From Anthoceros angustus (taxonomy: Eukaryota; Plantae; Anthocerotophyta): a DNA stretch of 28,191 bases. The position numbers were made by a program, and so were the translations under genes. The stretch spans positions 1 to 28,191 of the forward strand of contig MU008208.1 of assembly GCA_010909165.1 (NCBI GenBank), in the 5' to 3' direction. Position 1 is the first letter of the stretch; each line of letters opens with the position of its first letter. The notes under the pieces were generated by a model. The model had not been told where the DNA came from. It worked only from the letters and a program-made list of their open reading frames with translations, and did no database searches. Positions 1-11,899 of this stretch are shown piece by piece.

Positions 1-1080
1 GAGTCAATTTGCTGGATTGCTTCCCACATGTGCCCGAGCACCCGATACTCCTTCGCCATTGGTGCTCCGGAGCCGAGCGTGCGTCCGCTTGTGACCATCC
101 TCCCGCCAGTTCGAGCCGGAGCCGGCCGAGTCTCGTGAGGCCACAAGGCCGCCCACCTCGCAACCGCTGCTGTTCACTGCCCAGCCCCTGGCCGCTCCGC
201 CATTACCATAGCGCAGCCCTTCCGCCTTCCTTAATCGACCAGCTTTTTCGCCCAGCTCTCGCCCCCGCTTATTCTCTCGATTGAATGCTTACATGGTGGA
301 CAATTTACGTAATTTGCAAGAACTAGTCTCCCATGTGATCCTTTTCACTTGGTTGTCTTGTTCACCAGCGGGGAGCACCATCTGTTAGGTTAGTCACCAT
401 CGCCTCCATGTTTTTCAGCGGATGAAGCCTCACAATTACCTAATCCTGACATGGAGATTGCTATCACGAGGCCCTCACCTTAATGTCCTTCGCTCTTCGC
501 TTCTCGGTGTGTATAGGCCCGAGTTTGAGTTCCCTCAACATTTCTCTATACCTCCACACGCCTATCATCTTCCCTTTCCTCCACCCGTGTCTCCACTTGC
601 AGATGAGTTCAAGAAGACGAGCCCTCGCCTCTTCCAAAGCCGAGCCTCCTTGCACTTGCCATCAGCCCTAGCTAAGTCCGACAACTACCGGTGCCGTGGT
701 TGGCCAGACTTTTTCTGGTACTGCAGATTTGCAGGAGCCTTGAGATTTTTCACGATCTGCACCGTGAGTGCCCTTGGCTAGAAAACCCCGCTTTCAAGTT
801 GCACCATGTTTGTGAAGAAATTCAGGTCGCGGCGCCACCAGCGATGTGAAGATCGCAACTTTTGGTAACAGCTGTGTTCGCGCGTGTTTATGCCGTGTTT
901 ATCTGAATCTCGCAATGGCTTTGTTATAAATGTGTATTTTGGTAGACATAGTGCAAGGAAAAGCGGGAGCGTTGTAGGGCTTCATATCGAAACTCAGTTA
1001 AGCTATGTGCCGATCAGTACCCGGATGGGGTGCTGACCAGAACTTATTTTGGTGGACTTTATACTGGTTTTAACTCGAGG
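1..1080 (+). mobile_element. Highly decayed 3' part (RT/RNase H remnant) of an upstream Ty1/copia element
   Basis: SSRRRALASSKAE at 606-644 resembles the copia RNase H motif SSKKQ..VA.SS.EAEY. SAL..ARNPAF-like at ~767-797 (needs a frameshift) resembles CDN.SA..LA.NP.FH. The segment ends in a PPT-like tract followed by TGTTGG. Very degenerate; the start is not defined. Confidence 0.35.
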
Positions 1081-1258
1081 TTAAGTGGGAGTGTTGGATT
1101 AATAACCACGACGGTTAAATATCCCACTTACTTTTAGGTTATGCTATTTAGGGTTATTAGGCTACTTTTGTATATAACATTTTCTGCTCATTATTAAATA
1201 CACATCGTTTTATTTCCATTGCTCTCGCATGCCTCGCATGCCCTTTCTTGCTAGATGC
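1081..1258 (+). repeat. Candidate polypurine tract (1081-1091) plus short LTR (1092-~1258)
   Basis: TTAAGTGGGAG is directly followed by TGTTGG, the usual copia PPT/LTR-start junction. An AT-rich ~165 bp stretch ends near ...TGCA with only a partial PBS-like GGTATC at 1263-1268. No second copy was found in the window. Confidence 0.4.
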
Positions 1259-1275
1259 ATGAGGTATCTCCACAA

Positions 1276-4135
1276 TGTCAACCTCCCACCCCTGTCCAAG
1301 GAGGACAAGTTTGACGCCAAACATAATTTCCCCACTTGGAAATTTGGATCACCAATATCCTTCGCAGAAGCTATGGGGCTACGTTGGTGGGGTTGGCACC
1401 CCTGCCCCATAGCTTGCCACGAGTTGGCACGTAAGGAGAAAGAAGAATGGGAGGACTACAACCAACAAGCCAAAAATGTTCTCATGCAAAGCATGAAGCA
1501 AGGCACCGGCAAAGAAATTGGAGGGGACCATGAAATGACATGGCAACACCGAGAAATCTGACGCCCACGACATCATGCACACCATACACACTATCAAGAG
1601 CTACCTCGCCTCGCATGGCGAGGGCGACCATGTGACCACCACGCAATGGTGTTTCGAGGTCGGACCGTGAAATTCCAGGCCCTCGGATTCAACATCCCCG
1701 AGGAGCTCCTAGCCGCACTGCTATCCACATTACTAATCGGGGTCGTCGCATGAGCTTGTGAATTCAACCCCTCACCAACAAGGTTTTAAGTGCCATGCTT
1801 ACGAGGAAGGCGCCGGAAAGTATTTGCTCAGGGAGCCCTCCTCCAGTGCTTTCTTCACGTGACGAGGGCTAACAGAGGTCGTGGAAGAGGCTCCTTCCGA
1901 GGCACCACGCGCACAATAGAGGACGGGTACATTCCCACCATGGCAGAGGCAATTTCAACCCATCATGGAAGATCCTAAAATACGCCGTAAGGGTTAGGGA
2001 TCTTCTAACAATTAAAATCAGCATTCGCCAATCGCCTTAACCATGCGGCACTCTAAGGCTTTCCTCGCTCACATTGACCACGACCCTCAACTTGCTAGCA
2101 CACCTCGCCTCTGTAGCCTCCTCGCTTATCTCGCCCAAAACATGCTCGTATATTGACCCGAGCCTCCCAACATATGACTCCCCACAGTGGAATACTTCAC
2201 TAAAATCACACCTACAAAGACAAATTAATTTTCACCTTGGTGACAATTCTAAACACCACATACTTGGGCTTGGATCAGTAGACCTCAATGTCCAACCCAA
2301 CTCAACCCTGCAGATTTCAGATGTCCGTCTAGTACCTGGCCTCACCAAAAATCTTTTCTCAGTTCGAAAGGTTGATCAAGCTGGCTGCTACGTCTGCTTT
2401 GGAAACGGCCATTGTGTCATTGAAACACCACAAGGCGACCTGATCGCCACGTGACCTTAAAATGACGACTTATACCATCTCGTGGTTAGCCACCCTCATC
2501 TCTATCCGCAGTACGTAAACACAATCGACGTTCTGTGGCATGCCCGGCCTGCACATGAATCACAGAAAATGAAGGACATGTTAAAACTCCGTCACGGCAC
2601 CCTCTCACACGTAGAGGACTTGGCAGAAGCCTGTTCCCTTGGAAAGAGCCATCGATCACCTTTTCCTAAGGCATCCAACACACGAGCAACCAAGCGCCTT
2701 CACCGGTACATTCGACCTGCGGCCCTTCACCGATCATTGTTCGCTACACCTACTTTATGCTGGTAATCGACTTCACTCGCCAACATCATTTACACACTCA
2801 AGAACAAGGCCCAAGCATTTTCATGCTTCAAGGACTACAAGACCTGGTCCGAAAAACAAAGCAGGCGATACCTTACTTTGCCTCGGATCCGATGGAGGTG
2901 GTGAATATGGCTCCACTCAATTTTCCAACCACGCAAGGCATCAACAGACAGATTACCACCCCACACACCTCTCAGCAGAACGGGGTCGCAGAATGGATGA
3001 ACAGAACTATACAAAACTGCGGACTAGCCATGCTCATCCACGCCCAGTTACCTAAAATCACGGCGAGGCAATGCGACGCAGCTGTTTGCCACATCAGAAC
3101 ACTAACCTTGTCCCTCTCTCAGGGCACCCCATACGAAGCCTGGACAGGCAACAAGCCAGATTTCTCCTCATTATATTCGAGCTCACTGTGTATGCCCACA
3201 TTCCCAAGGCTCTCGTGACAAAACTCGACAATAAGGCCCGAAGTTCTGTTCCTGCTTCGGCTTCACCGGCATCAAAGGCTACAAAATTATACACCCTCAA
3301 ACCCACAAGGTGACTCATTCTCGCGTCACATTTCTTGAGGATATGCACCACGCCTGGGAGCTTCACAACAGACAATGACGACGAGGATGGTTCCGTGATT
3401 TCTCCGTCCTCGGCCGGATCCCACCACAACCACGCCCAGTTCACCTCGCCCAACCCAGACCTCCGCCCACACTCTGCCCACGCACGGCCCCTATTTCGAT
3501 CTGGGACACACCTCAACCAATGTTCGGCGACACAACGCCGACCTTGCCACCCTCACTCACGCCTCCAGCCCCCGGGCGAACGGCCCTGAGAAGGGGGTAG
3601 GCAGTTCAGTATGGGCTTGACGAGGACGACACCCCGACGGCCTCCATCACATCAACAAAGCGCACCAAGGAGGTTCTGCACCCGGCCACCAAAGATGGGG
3701 AGAGCTCACCGTGCGTAACGGCGCTTGAACCGCGTGGCACGGCGCCCACACCCGGCGTGAACATGGACCGCCTCGCGCGCACACACGCACGCCCACAGCT
3801 CGGCTCCGGATCATCCCAAGGATCGCAGGTCGGCCCGCCATCACACACAAGACACCGGACGTCCGGACGGGGAGCAACACCGATTTTCACCACATAATCG
3901 ACTCAACAATTATGGTCCTTATCCCCACTCCAAAAGGCAAGCGAAATATATTTTGATTTTCCTAATCATGATAATCCAGATATCCAACCAATAAACACCC
4001 AAGGCGTCAACGAGACTCCGGATCCGTATCATGAGGGCACACATGAGAACATCCCACAGCATCAACCTGACACCAACCAGCCTAGACGTAGGCACTCTCA
4101 GCGTTCTAACGCAGGTAAGATAAATAGATACACTC
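1276..4135 (+). mobile_element. Ty1/copia retrotransposon, 5' part (gag, protease, integrase, INT-RT linker), frameshifted
   Basis: gag-like KEDKFDAKHNFPTWKF and EEWEDYNQQAKNVL. Protease YID..GASQHMTP (frameshift, ~2148-2185) followed by LGDNSKHHILGLGSV...DVRLVPGLTKNLFSVRK. Pre-integrase LWHAR..H and EACSLGKSHRSPF. Integrase SDGGGEY, TPHTSQQNGVAEWMNRTI, TPYEAWTGNKPD. PR-INT-RT order is diagnostic of copia. Linker ends PRRRHSQRSNAGKINRYT at 4081-4134. Whether 1276-3600 and 3900-4135 are one element is likely but not proven. Confidence 0.9.
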
Positions 4136-4165
4136 AACACCATAAATTTTGAAGGGGGGGAATAT
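4136..4165 (+). repeat. Left TIR of the 9.1-kb element
   Basis: AACACCATAAATTTTGAAGGGGGGGAATAT. The reverse complement of 13223-13250 is AACACCATAAATTATGAAGGGGGAATAT (one substitution; G-run 7 vs 5). Confidence 0.85.
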
Positions 4166-5060
4166 CCTCGATGGGGGTTTTTTGTGAATAACCGCTGAAG
4201 AGGGTTGGTGATGGGTCTAAAAGCTGTGGGTTCAGCTATTATTAGGAAACCATACTGGAAAAAAGGGTCCGGCTCTTGGATCATACGAGTTTTCCGTTGG
4301 TTCATATATCGCCGAAGGTGACCCTCTTCCCTTAACCATTTGTTTCGCCAAAACAAGACCCACTAATGCACACCTGATGCCGGTCAAGCAATAATAGCGA
4401 ATCTGCGAATCAACGCCACTATGGAAGGGTTATGCAATTTCGCGACACGTTCAAACCATCAACATATTTATGGGAAGAAAATTTTGTTTCCGTGTGTAAT
4501 GTGTGATCCTTCGCCTATTTTACAGGTGGTGAGGCGAGGGCCGGCCCTCCCTTGCCTCACCATGTGGAAGGTCACATGGAACATGTTTGCTATCCACTTG
4601 GGCACCGCCTTGTAATGAATTTTGAACAGTGGATGTGGTGCGGCGTGGCATGTTCCACGAGTGGCCGGCGCCCCGCCATTGTCCACAAGGACACATTCCA
4701 CATGTTTGATATCGCATGGTCACCACTTCCTTTGGAATGGCATATGAACCCGAGGGGGGTCATGTTGCATGCCGTGGTGTTGCACACTACCCCCAAACCG
4801 ATCACACGCACCATATTCCACCATCAATACTGACACACCCATCAATAAATATTACCCAATACCATCACGGTATGTGCAATCGATTGCGCTACTTCAATTT
4901 GAGATAAAGTTATGCACTTACGAGAATGAATGGGGCGCCGCGCGCCACCCTTCCATCGCGATTAAGTTGGAAAGGATGGGCGTAATGGACACGTGAAGTG
5001 GGGAGCCACATCCATACAACCCCTAATGAGAATGGTTCAGCCGGTCCCTACGGTCAATAG

Positions 5061-7400
5061 CTATTCGCCCCCGAGTTCACGCCATCGCTGGCCGGCGTCC
5101 CCATTATTGTCATCGCTATCCTCCCACACTTTGACCGGGCGGTTGTATGAATCCGCATCGCTCAATTTGTCCCCGATCGCCTTTTTGTCCACCGCATACA
5201 AATGTTTCCGCATTCAAAATAAAACCGTAATAAAGGATGATCAGTATCATTGACATAGACCTCTGTATGTTTTGGGATAAAATACCTTATTCCCTTTTTC
5301 CCAAAGGTCGCCCATCTTGTTTGGCTTCCTCGTAGTATATATTCCTCTACATACCGCCAGACGATCCCATGATCCGTCCGACCGGGATAAGAAAGTGAGG
5401 TTGTGGTGCATCCAACCTCACGTATTTTCCCAATCCGTAAAGGTCTGTGTATGTCGGTGCATGGCACGAGGAACATTCCTTCTTGATCTCTCGCAATATC
5501 GCCATTCAACGCGCCATTTCACGCCGCTGCCTTCCAATGTTTTGATATGCTCCTGTACATATCTCGTTGGGGAAGCTCCCTCAACAGTGCTTCCTCTAGC
5601 AAAGCTTCATCAGGTACATGAAGGGGTTGCGCTGTCTCTTCCTCTTCAGCACGGGAGAACCATTTCCAAGGACGGTCCAGAACAAGGCCGATGTGGTTTT
5701 CGACAATAATAAAGAATCTCGGCCGTCAACCTGCAATTCTTCCCACCACTTGTACTCTTGTTACATAAGGTCGCAAACCCACTAACCCATCCTTCAAATG
5801 AGCCACACCTTGGGTGTGAGTGCCCCCGCGGTTCCTTTTTATCCTGCACGTAAGGACATCAAATGGCCTCGAAGGAACGAAATTTAAAACTCCAAACGCC
5901 TCCGCTTCCCAAAGCGGTGAAGTTGAATCTTGCTCGATGATCGTGACCACGCGGTCGTTTGTCCTCGCTAATTTTGAACTGCGCCGGTATGATGATTATT
6001 CAACTTCTTCACCGCATACTTGACCTCCCCGTCCCCTGCTCAGACAGACATATGTCCGGAACTGAACCTCCACGAACCTTCACCTGGAGAGGGAGTATAT
6101 GCCTCCGCAATGTCCGCAACAGCGTAGCGCTTCGCTTTGTGTTTAAGGCTTTTGGAAAAGCAGGAAAACATCCGGTCTATTTGATCATGGTGTGACCAAC
6201 CAAGAGGAATCCCACCTTCACTTTTTGAACGTGCCCATATCAACGAGCATGTTCAAATATGCAAACAATAGCTGATTCTTGTTCTCCGACATGTATTGTC
6301 AAGTTGCAAATACAACACTTTGGGCAGCACACCATCATAGTTGTGGATGACATCTTGAATGACGAGATAGTCAAATTGGCATCATTCCGGAGGTTGGCGA
6401 GTGCAAAACGCCGTGGCTTTGTGGGTGTAGTTGTGGATCATGCACCGACCACGTGAACGGAAATGCGGCATTCCTCCTAGGTTTTTGGCCACCTCAACAT
6501 GTGCGGTAGCTCTTTCTTCCGTCCATGCCATCGATACAAGCATATACTTATGTGGTTCAACATAACTCTTGCTCCGTGTTTTGTCATCTTCGTGACGCAC
6601 TAGCCGCATGTGGGCGCCCAATCTTTGATATTTCTCCGCATAACATATGCACACCGTAGTGTGAGTCCTTTAAAGTTGTCAACTTACAAGACAAAAACAT
6701 AGTATGATGTCCAAAGAATCATCGCCAGCATCACTCTCCGACATGTGGCAATGTATGTCATGGACACCGCCAACTTGACCTTCCTCCACCCTCCACCCTA
6801 CGACGGACCTTAAATGATATAATGGGCGAACACATTTGTCGCATTTCCAAGCCCGGAAGGTCCATAAGGCATACTTGTAGGGCGCGCCCACCGGCGCCTG
6901 GCCCCGACCTCATTCCCAAGGTCGAGATGGTATAAGTTTTCATGCCGGGCCCAAGCAATGTCATAGGCACATGCTTGGGTTACCCGAGCGACCGGCGCCG
7001 CATGACCAGGGGAACCCTCCTTAGATAAGGTAGATGGTGGGCGCCGTCGGCGCCCACCGGGACATGTCCACACATACATACTACATATACATCGCCATTG
7101 AGGGTTTGGCCCACATGGTCAACAACCCTCAGATCTGGAAAGCAAGGGATAAGGAAACAATGTAACTTACCTTGATCAACCTTTGAGATTGTATTTCGTA
7201 TAGTTGTTTTCAATCCAGCAAGCGAGCAAGTAGAGAATCATAGACTTTGGAATCTTTACCTGTTGAAGTGCCCTTTCCATAGCTTCAAGAACTGTGCGAG
7301 GTCACGCATCACGACCTCTTTGTTCACAATGCCGCCTATATTCACTCCAAATTTCTAGTTTTGTGTATGTGTCGTAAGTTGAAGACCTCGATATTTGGAA
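5061..7400 (-). pseudogene. Sola/DUF7869-like DDD transposase, frameshifted (5' end uncertain, may extend to ~8170)
   Basis: Minus-strand motifs in the expected order: HHLPY (~7020), IDGMD (6521-6535), VLPKVLYLQLDNTC/NKNQLLFAYLNMLVDMG (DN at 6295-6300), KVKVGFLLVGHT.DQIDRMFSCFS (~6160-6225). The C-terminus RKHLYAVDKKAIGDKL...RWRELGGE* ends with the stop at 5061-5063. The superfamily label comes from recalled motifs, not a search. Confidence 0.85.
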
Positions 7401-8499
7401 GTCTCTCACCATGTTGAGGAAAGCATTGTCCATCCAGGCTATTGCACTTAATGCATGGTGAGATCGCTTTTGGATTCGGCCTCATAGCATCCCACTGCAT
7501 TCAGATGACTCTACTCTTCAACTCTTCATACGGGCCGAGGCAATACACTCTTCCGGCGCAAGCAAGATCAAAAGGATCCGCCCGAAGATGAGTCACAACT
7601 TTGACGCTGATCCCGCCGCACAACCCGTATCGTGGATTCCAAAATGTTTCGCCTCGCCTCCCCATCCGTAAATAGCGATATCGTTGTTCACGAAACCTTT
7701 CTTTTGTCAACTGCGGAGACACATCCGATTGCAACATGCCTTCCGAAATCAATGTTGATACGACTTCACATTTCCTCATTGAGACCCCCCGCCTCTTCCG
7801 CACCGGACACTCGTAGTCTCGCACACCAAAGTCTCACTCACCTGGTTTGGGGTGATAAGATGGCGGATGTCGCTCCGGACTGCTCGAAATCGTCGCCTCA
7901 TTCGATTGCCGCAGCTTCGCCGTCTGGTGCGGTGCGGACGACTCCACCGCAACAACCGCCTCCACGCATTCGAGCCCACCTTGGGAGGGCCTTTTCTAGC
8001 TAGCCGCTTGCTCACACCGTTGTTTGCATGGAGATCCTTCGAGCGGCATACCGTTAAGATTTCTTGGTGTCCGCGGCAGCACCTCGGAATGGTAGGGGAG
8101 GCCGAGAGCGGGCCACCCGCCACGGCAACTGGTGTGCAAAGACTTGACTTAGTAGAGGATAAAATTCACAAAGTCAACCTCCATTAGAATCCGGTGATGA
8201 AACAAACCTTCGTGACCCGTAGTGGCGAGGAGAACTGGAGATGTCTTGCGACCTCATGGACGCCTGGGGCATTCACCGCTTCTCCTCGTCCGTTGCTTTT
8301 GGAAGATGTCTTTCATATTGGGATTGACCTCACCATCCGCAAAGTCGCACAATCAAACAGGGAATGAGGACATGTTTGCGCAACGCATCCACGACGACGA
8401 CATTCGATCGAAAGCAAGGCTTACATCGCCTCGGAGTGAGTGGCGCAAGCATTTTGTTGGGCGCCTTCCGAGGTAGGACGAAGTGGAGGAATGAAAGAA

Positions 8500-8830
8500 G
8501 GCAAGGTTCATTCTAACAAGATACCGAAATGTCTAAGCCTTCCGGAGGCCGTTTGGATAACAATACCACCAACCATATAAAACCATTGTTGAAGAAAACG
8601 CCGTTAAGTTACTAATGCTTGGAGGGAAGTAACGGAAAGTCATTATGGTTTGTAATTAAACAAACCCACACGCAATGGGAAAAGCGGTAGTTAACTGTAG
8701 GTACAACATGGCGGCGTTAATAATGTGCCACCGGGTTCGAACCATCTAGTTGGAGCAACCAGAAACCCTAACTTAAAGTAATTATTCACGGAGAGGTGAA
8801 CGAGTTACGGCGTTTAAAAAGCAAGTTTAA
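8500..8830. promoter_or_regulatory. Candidate bidirectional promoter between the divergent transposase and methyltransferase genes
   Basis: AT-richer non-coding gap between coding-like segments of opposite orientation, with a telo-box AAACCCTAA at 8763-8771. Promoter function is inferred from position only. Confidence 0.3.
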
Positions 8831-8914
8831 CGCATACAAAACCGTGGAGCGCAACCGCCCCTCAAAGCGGCGAGCCCGGGCTTTGCGCGACGTGAGCGGG
8901 TCCGACTTCGAGAG

Positions 8915-11460
8915 GTGAGAGTGCGAGCGCCATCTCTAACCCTTGATTGCAGCGAAGGAGAAATTGGGCAAGACCGGATCGCAGCTGCTCGTGGTTTTCT
9001 CACTTTCCGTGTTTGCACCGATTGTGAATCCATTGACGCGTTGGAATTGGTCATTGACAGAGAAGGAAGGCCCATCCGAATTGGCCTATGTCAAATTGAA
9101 GGTGATGGCGATGGGCGACGAAGAAGGATCGGCGAATCCGGATCCCGAGCCTGCAGAGTCAAGAAAACGAGAGTGAGGAAAAGACAGAGAAGGCCGGATG
9201 ATTTGCATGGAAGACCTGTCTTTGGGAGGACATGCTGTGGGCCGGTGCGGCAGCTTCCGCAGCGGGGCCACTCAAGTCCGAAGCGGGCTCAAAGGCTTCC
9301 ACAACAAATCGGAGGCCATGGAGAGAAGGTGGAGAAGGGTGGGAAGAGGGTGGCTCCTATTCCTTCGCCATACGCCGAGGAGAGACATTCGACGCCTGGA
9401 GCTCGATGGATGCAGAAGGTCTTGGACAAGGATTGGATGGTTGTTCAGGATCCGCAACCAAGACGAGAGCATGTTTTGACGCCGTATACAAGCCGTGGAT
9501 TATGGGTTACAAGGATGCACCAATCAACGGCAAGGGGGTGGTGGGCAACATTGGACATGTCCAATGGGGATCTCAGAGTACGCTTCTCGCATTACAAGGC
9601 CCCAAGAATTTGATGCGGTGCTGTGGTCCCGAGCTAGAGCTCGAGATCGTTCAACAATCTTGTGATCAAGAAGTGCGAACCCGCCGCTTTTGGAGCTTTT
9701 CGGAATGTAGGCGAGCAAATTCGCAACTCGATTATTTATGCTTTCCAATGTTTTGCTTCACCGCTTTGTCTCTAACATGAGCATTGTTCATTGCGCAGGC
9801 TGTGATGGGGAATGTTTCATCGTGACTTGTGCGGAAATCACACAACTGCTCAAAGACAGAGGGTCATGGCGCGGCAAGAGCCGAGGTGCGTGACGAGGAG
9901 GAAGAGAAGGACAGACAACGAGGAGGGCACAATTTGGCCCCGAGGATGAAGACTATGGGCCAATGCCGATATCCGGGACTGGATGAAGAAAATTCGGACG
10001 CAACAGACGACAGGATGCGGGGTTTTCATGCCTTATGAAACACCCCGCTGCGATCACCGAGGGTTGAGGGGGCCGGCCGGCGCCTGAGCCGCCAGGCGTC
10101 GAGGCGGTGCTTGACGCGCAGTCTGGAAGCCGGAGAGGAACCTGGCGCGCCGGCCGGCGCCTCACACAGGAGGCCTCAGGCACCACCGCATGAGGCGGAG
10201 GAGAGGGGCGCGCCGGCCGCGCCCGCTATGACTAACAGGGCGAGAGAGGAGGAAGGGCCTAAGGGAAAAGGAAGGGATCTGAAGAAGATCGAGGCAGGGA
10301 AGGACAGAGAGGACCATCCTAAAAAAAGCAAAGAGGAAAGGCAACAACCGCAGAGGGTGGAAAATGGGTGACATTCCATGTGACAACAGATCAGAGAGGA
10401 TTGCGGAAGCTATCCGGATGAAGACCCTTGACACGGGAGAAGATATGCGAAGGTAGTAAACAAGGTTGGTGAAATTGGAGAACCTTCGCCGCATCGCACG
10501 ACGCCGATGCATGACACGGAGGGTGGATGAAGCATGGGCCAATTATTTGGCGCGTGTTATATCGAAAGGGAGGATTGAAGAGGGCGTTTTGCCTTTATTA
10601 TGTATGATTGATCTGCGGAGTGTGATGACATGGAAAAACTAGAGCGTAGATTCAGGCCAAAAATATGTCATGGGAGTCCTAGGAGGAAACCACACTTATG
10701 CGCAATGAAGCATCTTGACATCTCCGCAAAAGCGGTTTATGTGGAGGCTCATGTACTGTGGTCTCAATGTACAGAGATGCGAGTCCTCGCCATGCACTAT
10801 AATACGGCGTGTCGACAAGCGGAAGATGAATTTTATAGAGGTGAGGTATTTGCGTGATGAATTGATTATTGCGAAACGGATGGTGCGTGATGACCATGAC
10901 ATGGAAATTCAACTTGTATAAGGTGTTGGGGCTTATTGAGGATGATGAAGCACGCGAAGATGATGTTTATAAATGTAACAAGGTTGACAACAGACACATT
11001 TTATGCATCGCGAAACAAGAGGGTAGGGTATGGGAAAATGTAGACAAGATATTTACCAAGTGGGAAGCGTGGAGTTGCCAGAGAAGAAGCATGTGATAGC
11101 GGACAAGCAAGAAGAGCAAGGTGAAGTGAAAGTGACCGACGAGGCTAACAAAATAGAAATCTATGTGAAGCCAAAAGATATGCTTGCAAAGCCTTGGAAA
11201 TCATTTCAAGGGATTCCGGGGAGTGTGGGCAGAGATACTTATCACGCAGAGAAAGTGGGTGTCTCATTGACCGAAAGGAATGGATGAATATATCGCTCGG
11301 AAGAAATTCCATATTATTCAAGTGGCGATGGCTAAACACTTGGTTTTCTTTTGAAGAGGTTCGGCAGAGTATCCCCAAAGACTCAATCGATGAAATGTCG
11401 CGATTCCAAACGGCATTTGGAAAGGTAAGCCATTTTCCGGACCTTCTTTCCATTTTAATT
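8915..11460 (+). pseudogene. Unassigned coding-like remnant(s) upstream of the methyltransferase domain (one long gene or two genes)
   Basis: A run of overlapping plus-strand ORF fragments (8915-9613, 10111-10371 E/K/R-rich, 10715-11287, 11194-11670) lies inside the TIRs in the same orientation as the MTase. No confident domain was recognised. Confidence 0.35.
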
Positions 11461-11690
11461 CAGGGGCGCCACCGCGCCCGCATGTCCGGATCGCCGGCCG
11501 CGCCCATCTTCATCAGGGGGGCCGCCGCGCCTCGCGGTCGCCGACACGGGGGCGCCGCCGGCGCCCTCCACCGGTCACCGCGGGCAGGGGCGCCGCGCGC
11601 CGCGCCCAACGGAGGGCGCGGCCGGCCTCCACTAATGGAGGGGGCGGCCACGCGGGTTATCGGATTGTGAGCGGGCGCGCCCGCCCTCCA
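11461..11690. repeat. GC-rich degenerate minisatellite
   Basis: GGGGCGCC at 11463, 11549 and 11587 plus a variant at ~11516, each followed by CCGCGCC-like runs. Composition is far more GC-rich than the flanks. Confidence 0.6.
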
Positions 11691-11899
11691 CCGCTATTGT
11701 GTGAGGTGCTTGAGCGCCGCATTCTAACAGTTGTTTGGGCAAAGAATCAAGGACGTGGAGGTCTTGACAAAGCACGACTCATTCATTTCATTTTCGAGAT
11801 CAATAATTGGAAGGGCTTAGAGAATGAGCAGGGCTTTGGCGGATAGGACTTGCAAGAAGGACTCCATATTCAATGTTCCGTCGAAGCGTGTCCAAGATT

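Noticed and set aside
1259-1272. tRNA-iMet primer-binding site
   Set aside because: Only GGTATC of TGGTATCAGAGC matches; kept only as weak context for the LTR candidate.
3919-4356. 145-aa minus-strand ORF, first suspected to be a Ulp1-type protease
   Set aside because: It crosses the TIR boundary at 4136. The plus strand of 3900-4135 reads as the copia INT-RT linker, and no H-W/D/Q..C catalytic set is present.
4630-4900. VHKD followed by EGGH, resembling the HxD motif of TET/JBP 2OG-Fe(II) dioxygenases
   Set aside because: It needs frameshifts, has no convincing distal H/R, and is not visible in the corresponding part of the 2.2-kb element. A three-residue motif alone is insufficient.
8915-9613. 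Longest ORF in the window (232 aa) as an intact gene
   Set aside because: It has no ATG start or recognisable domain, and overlapping frames look equally plausible. Treated as a fragment of decayed cargo.
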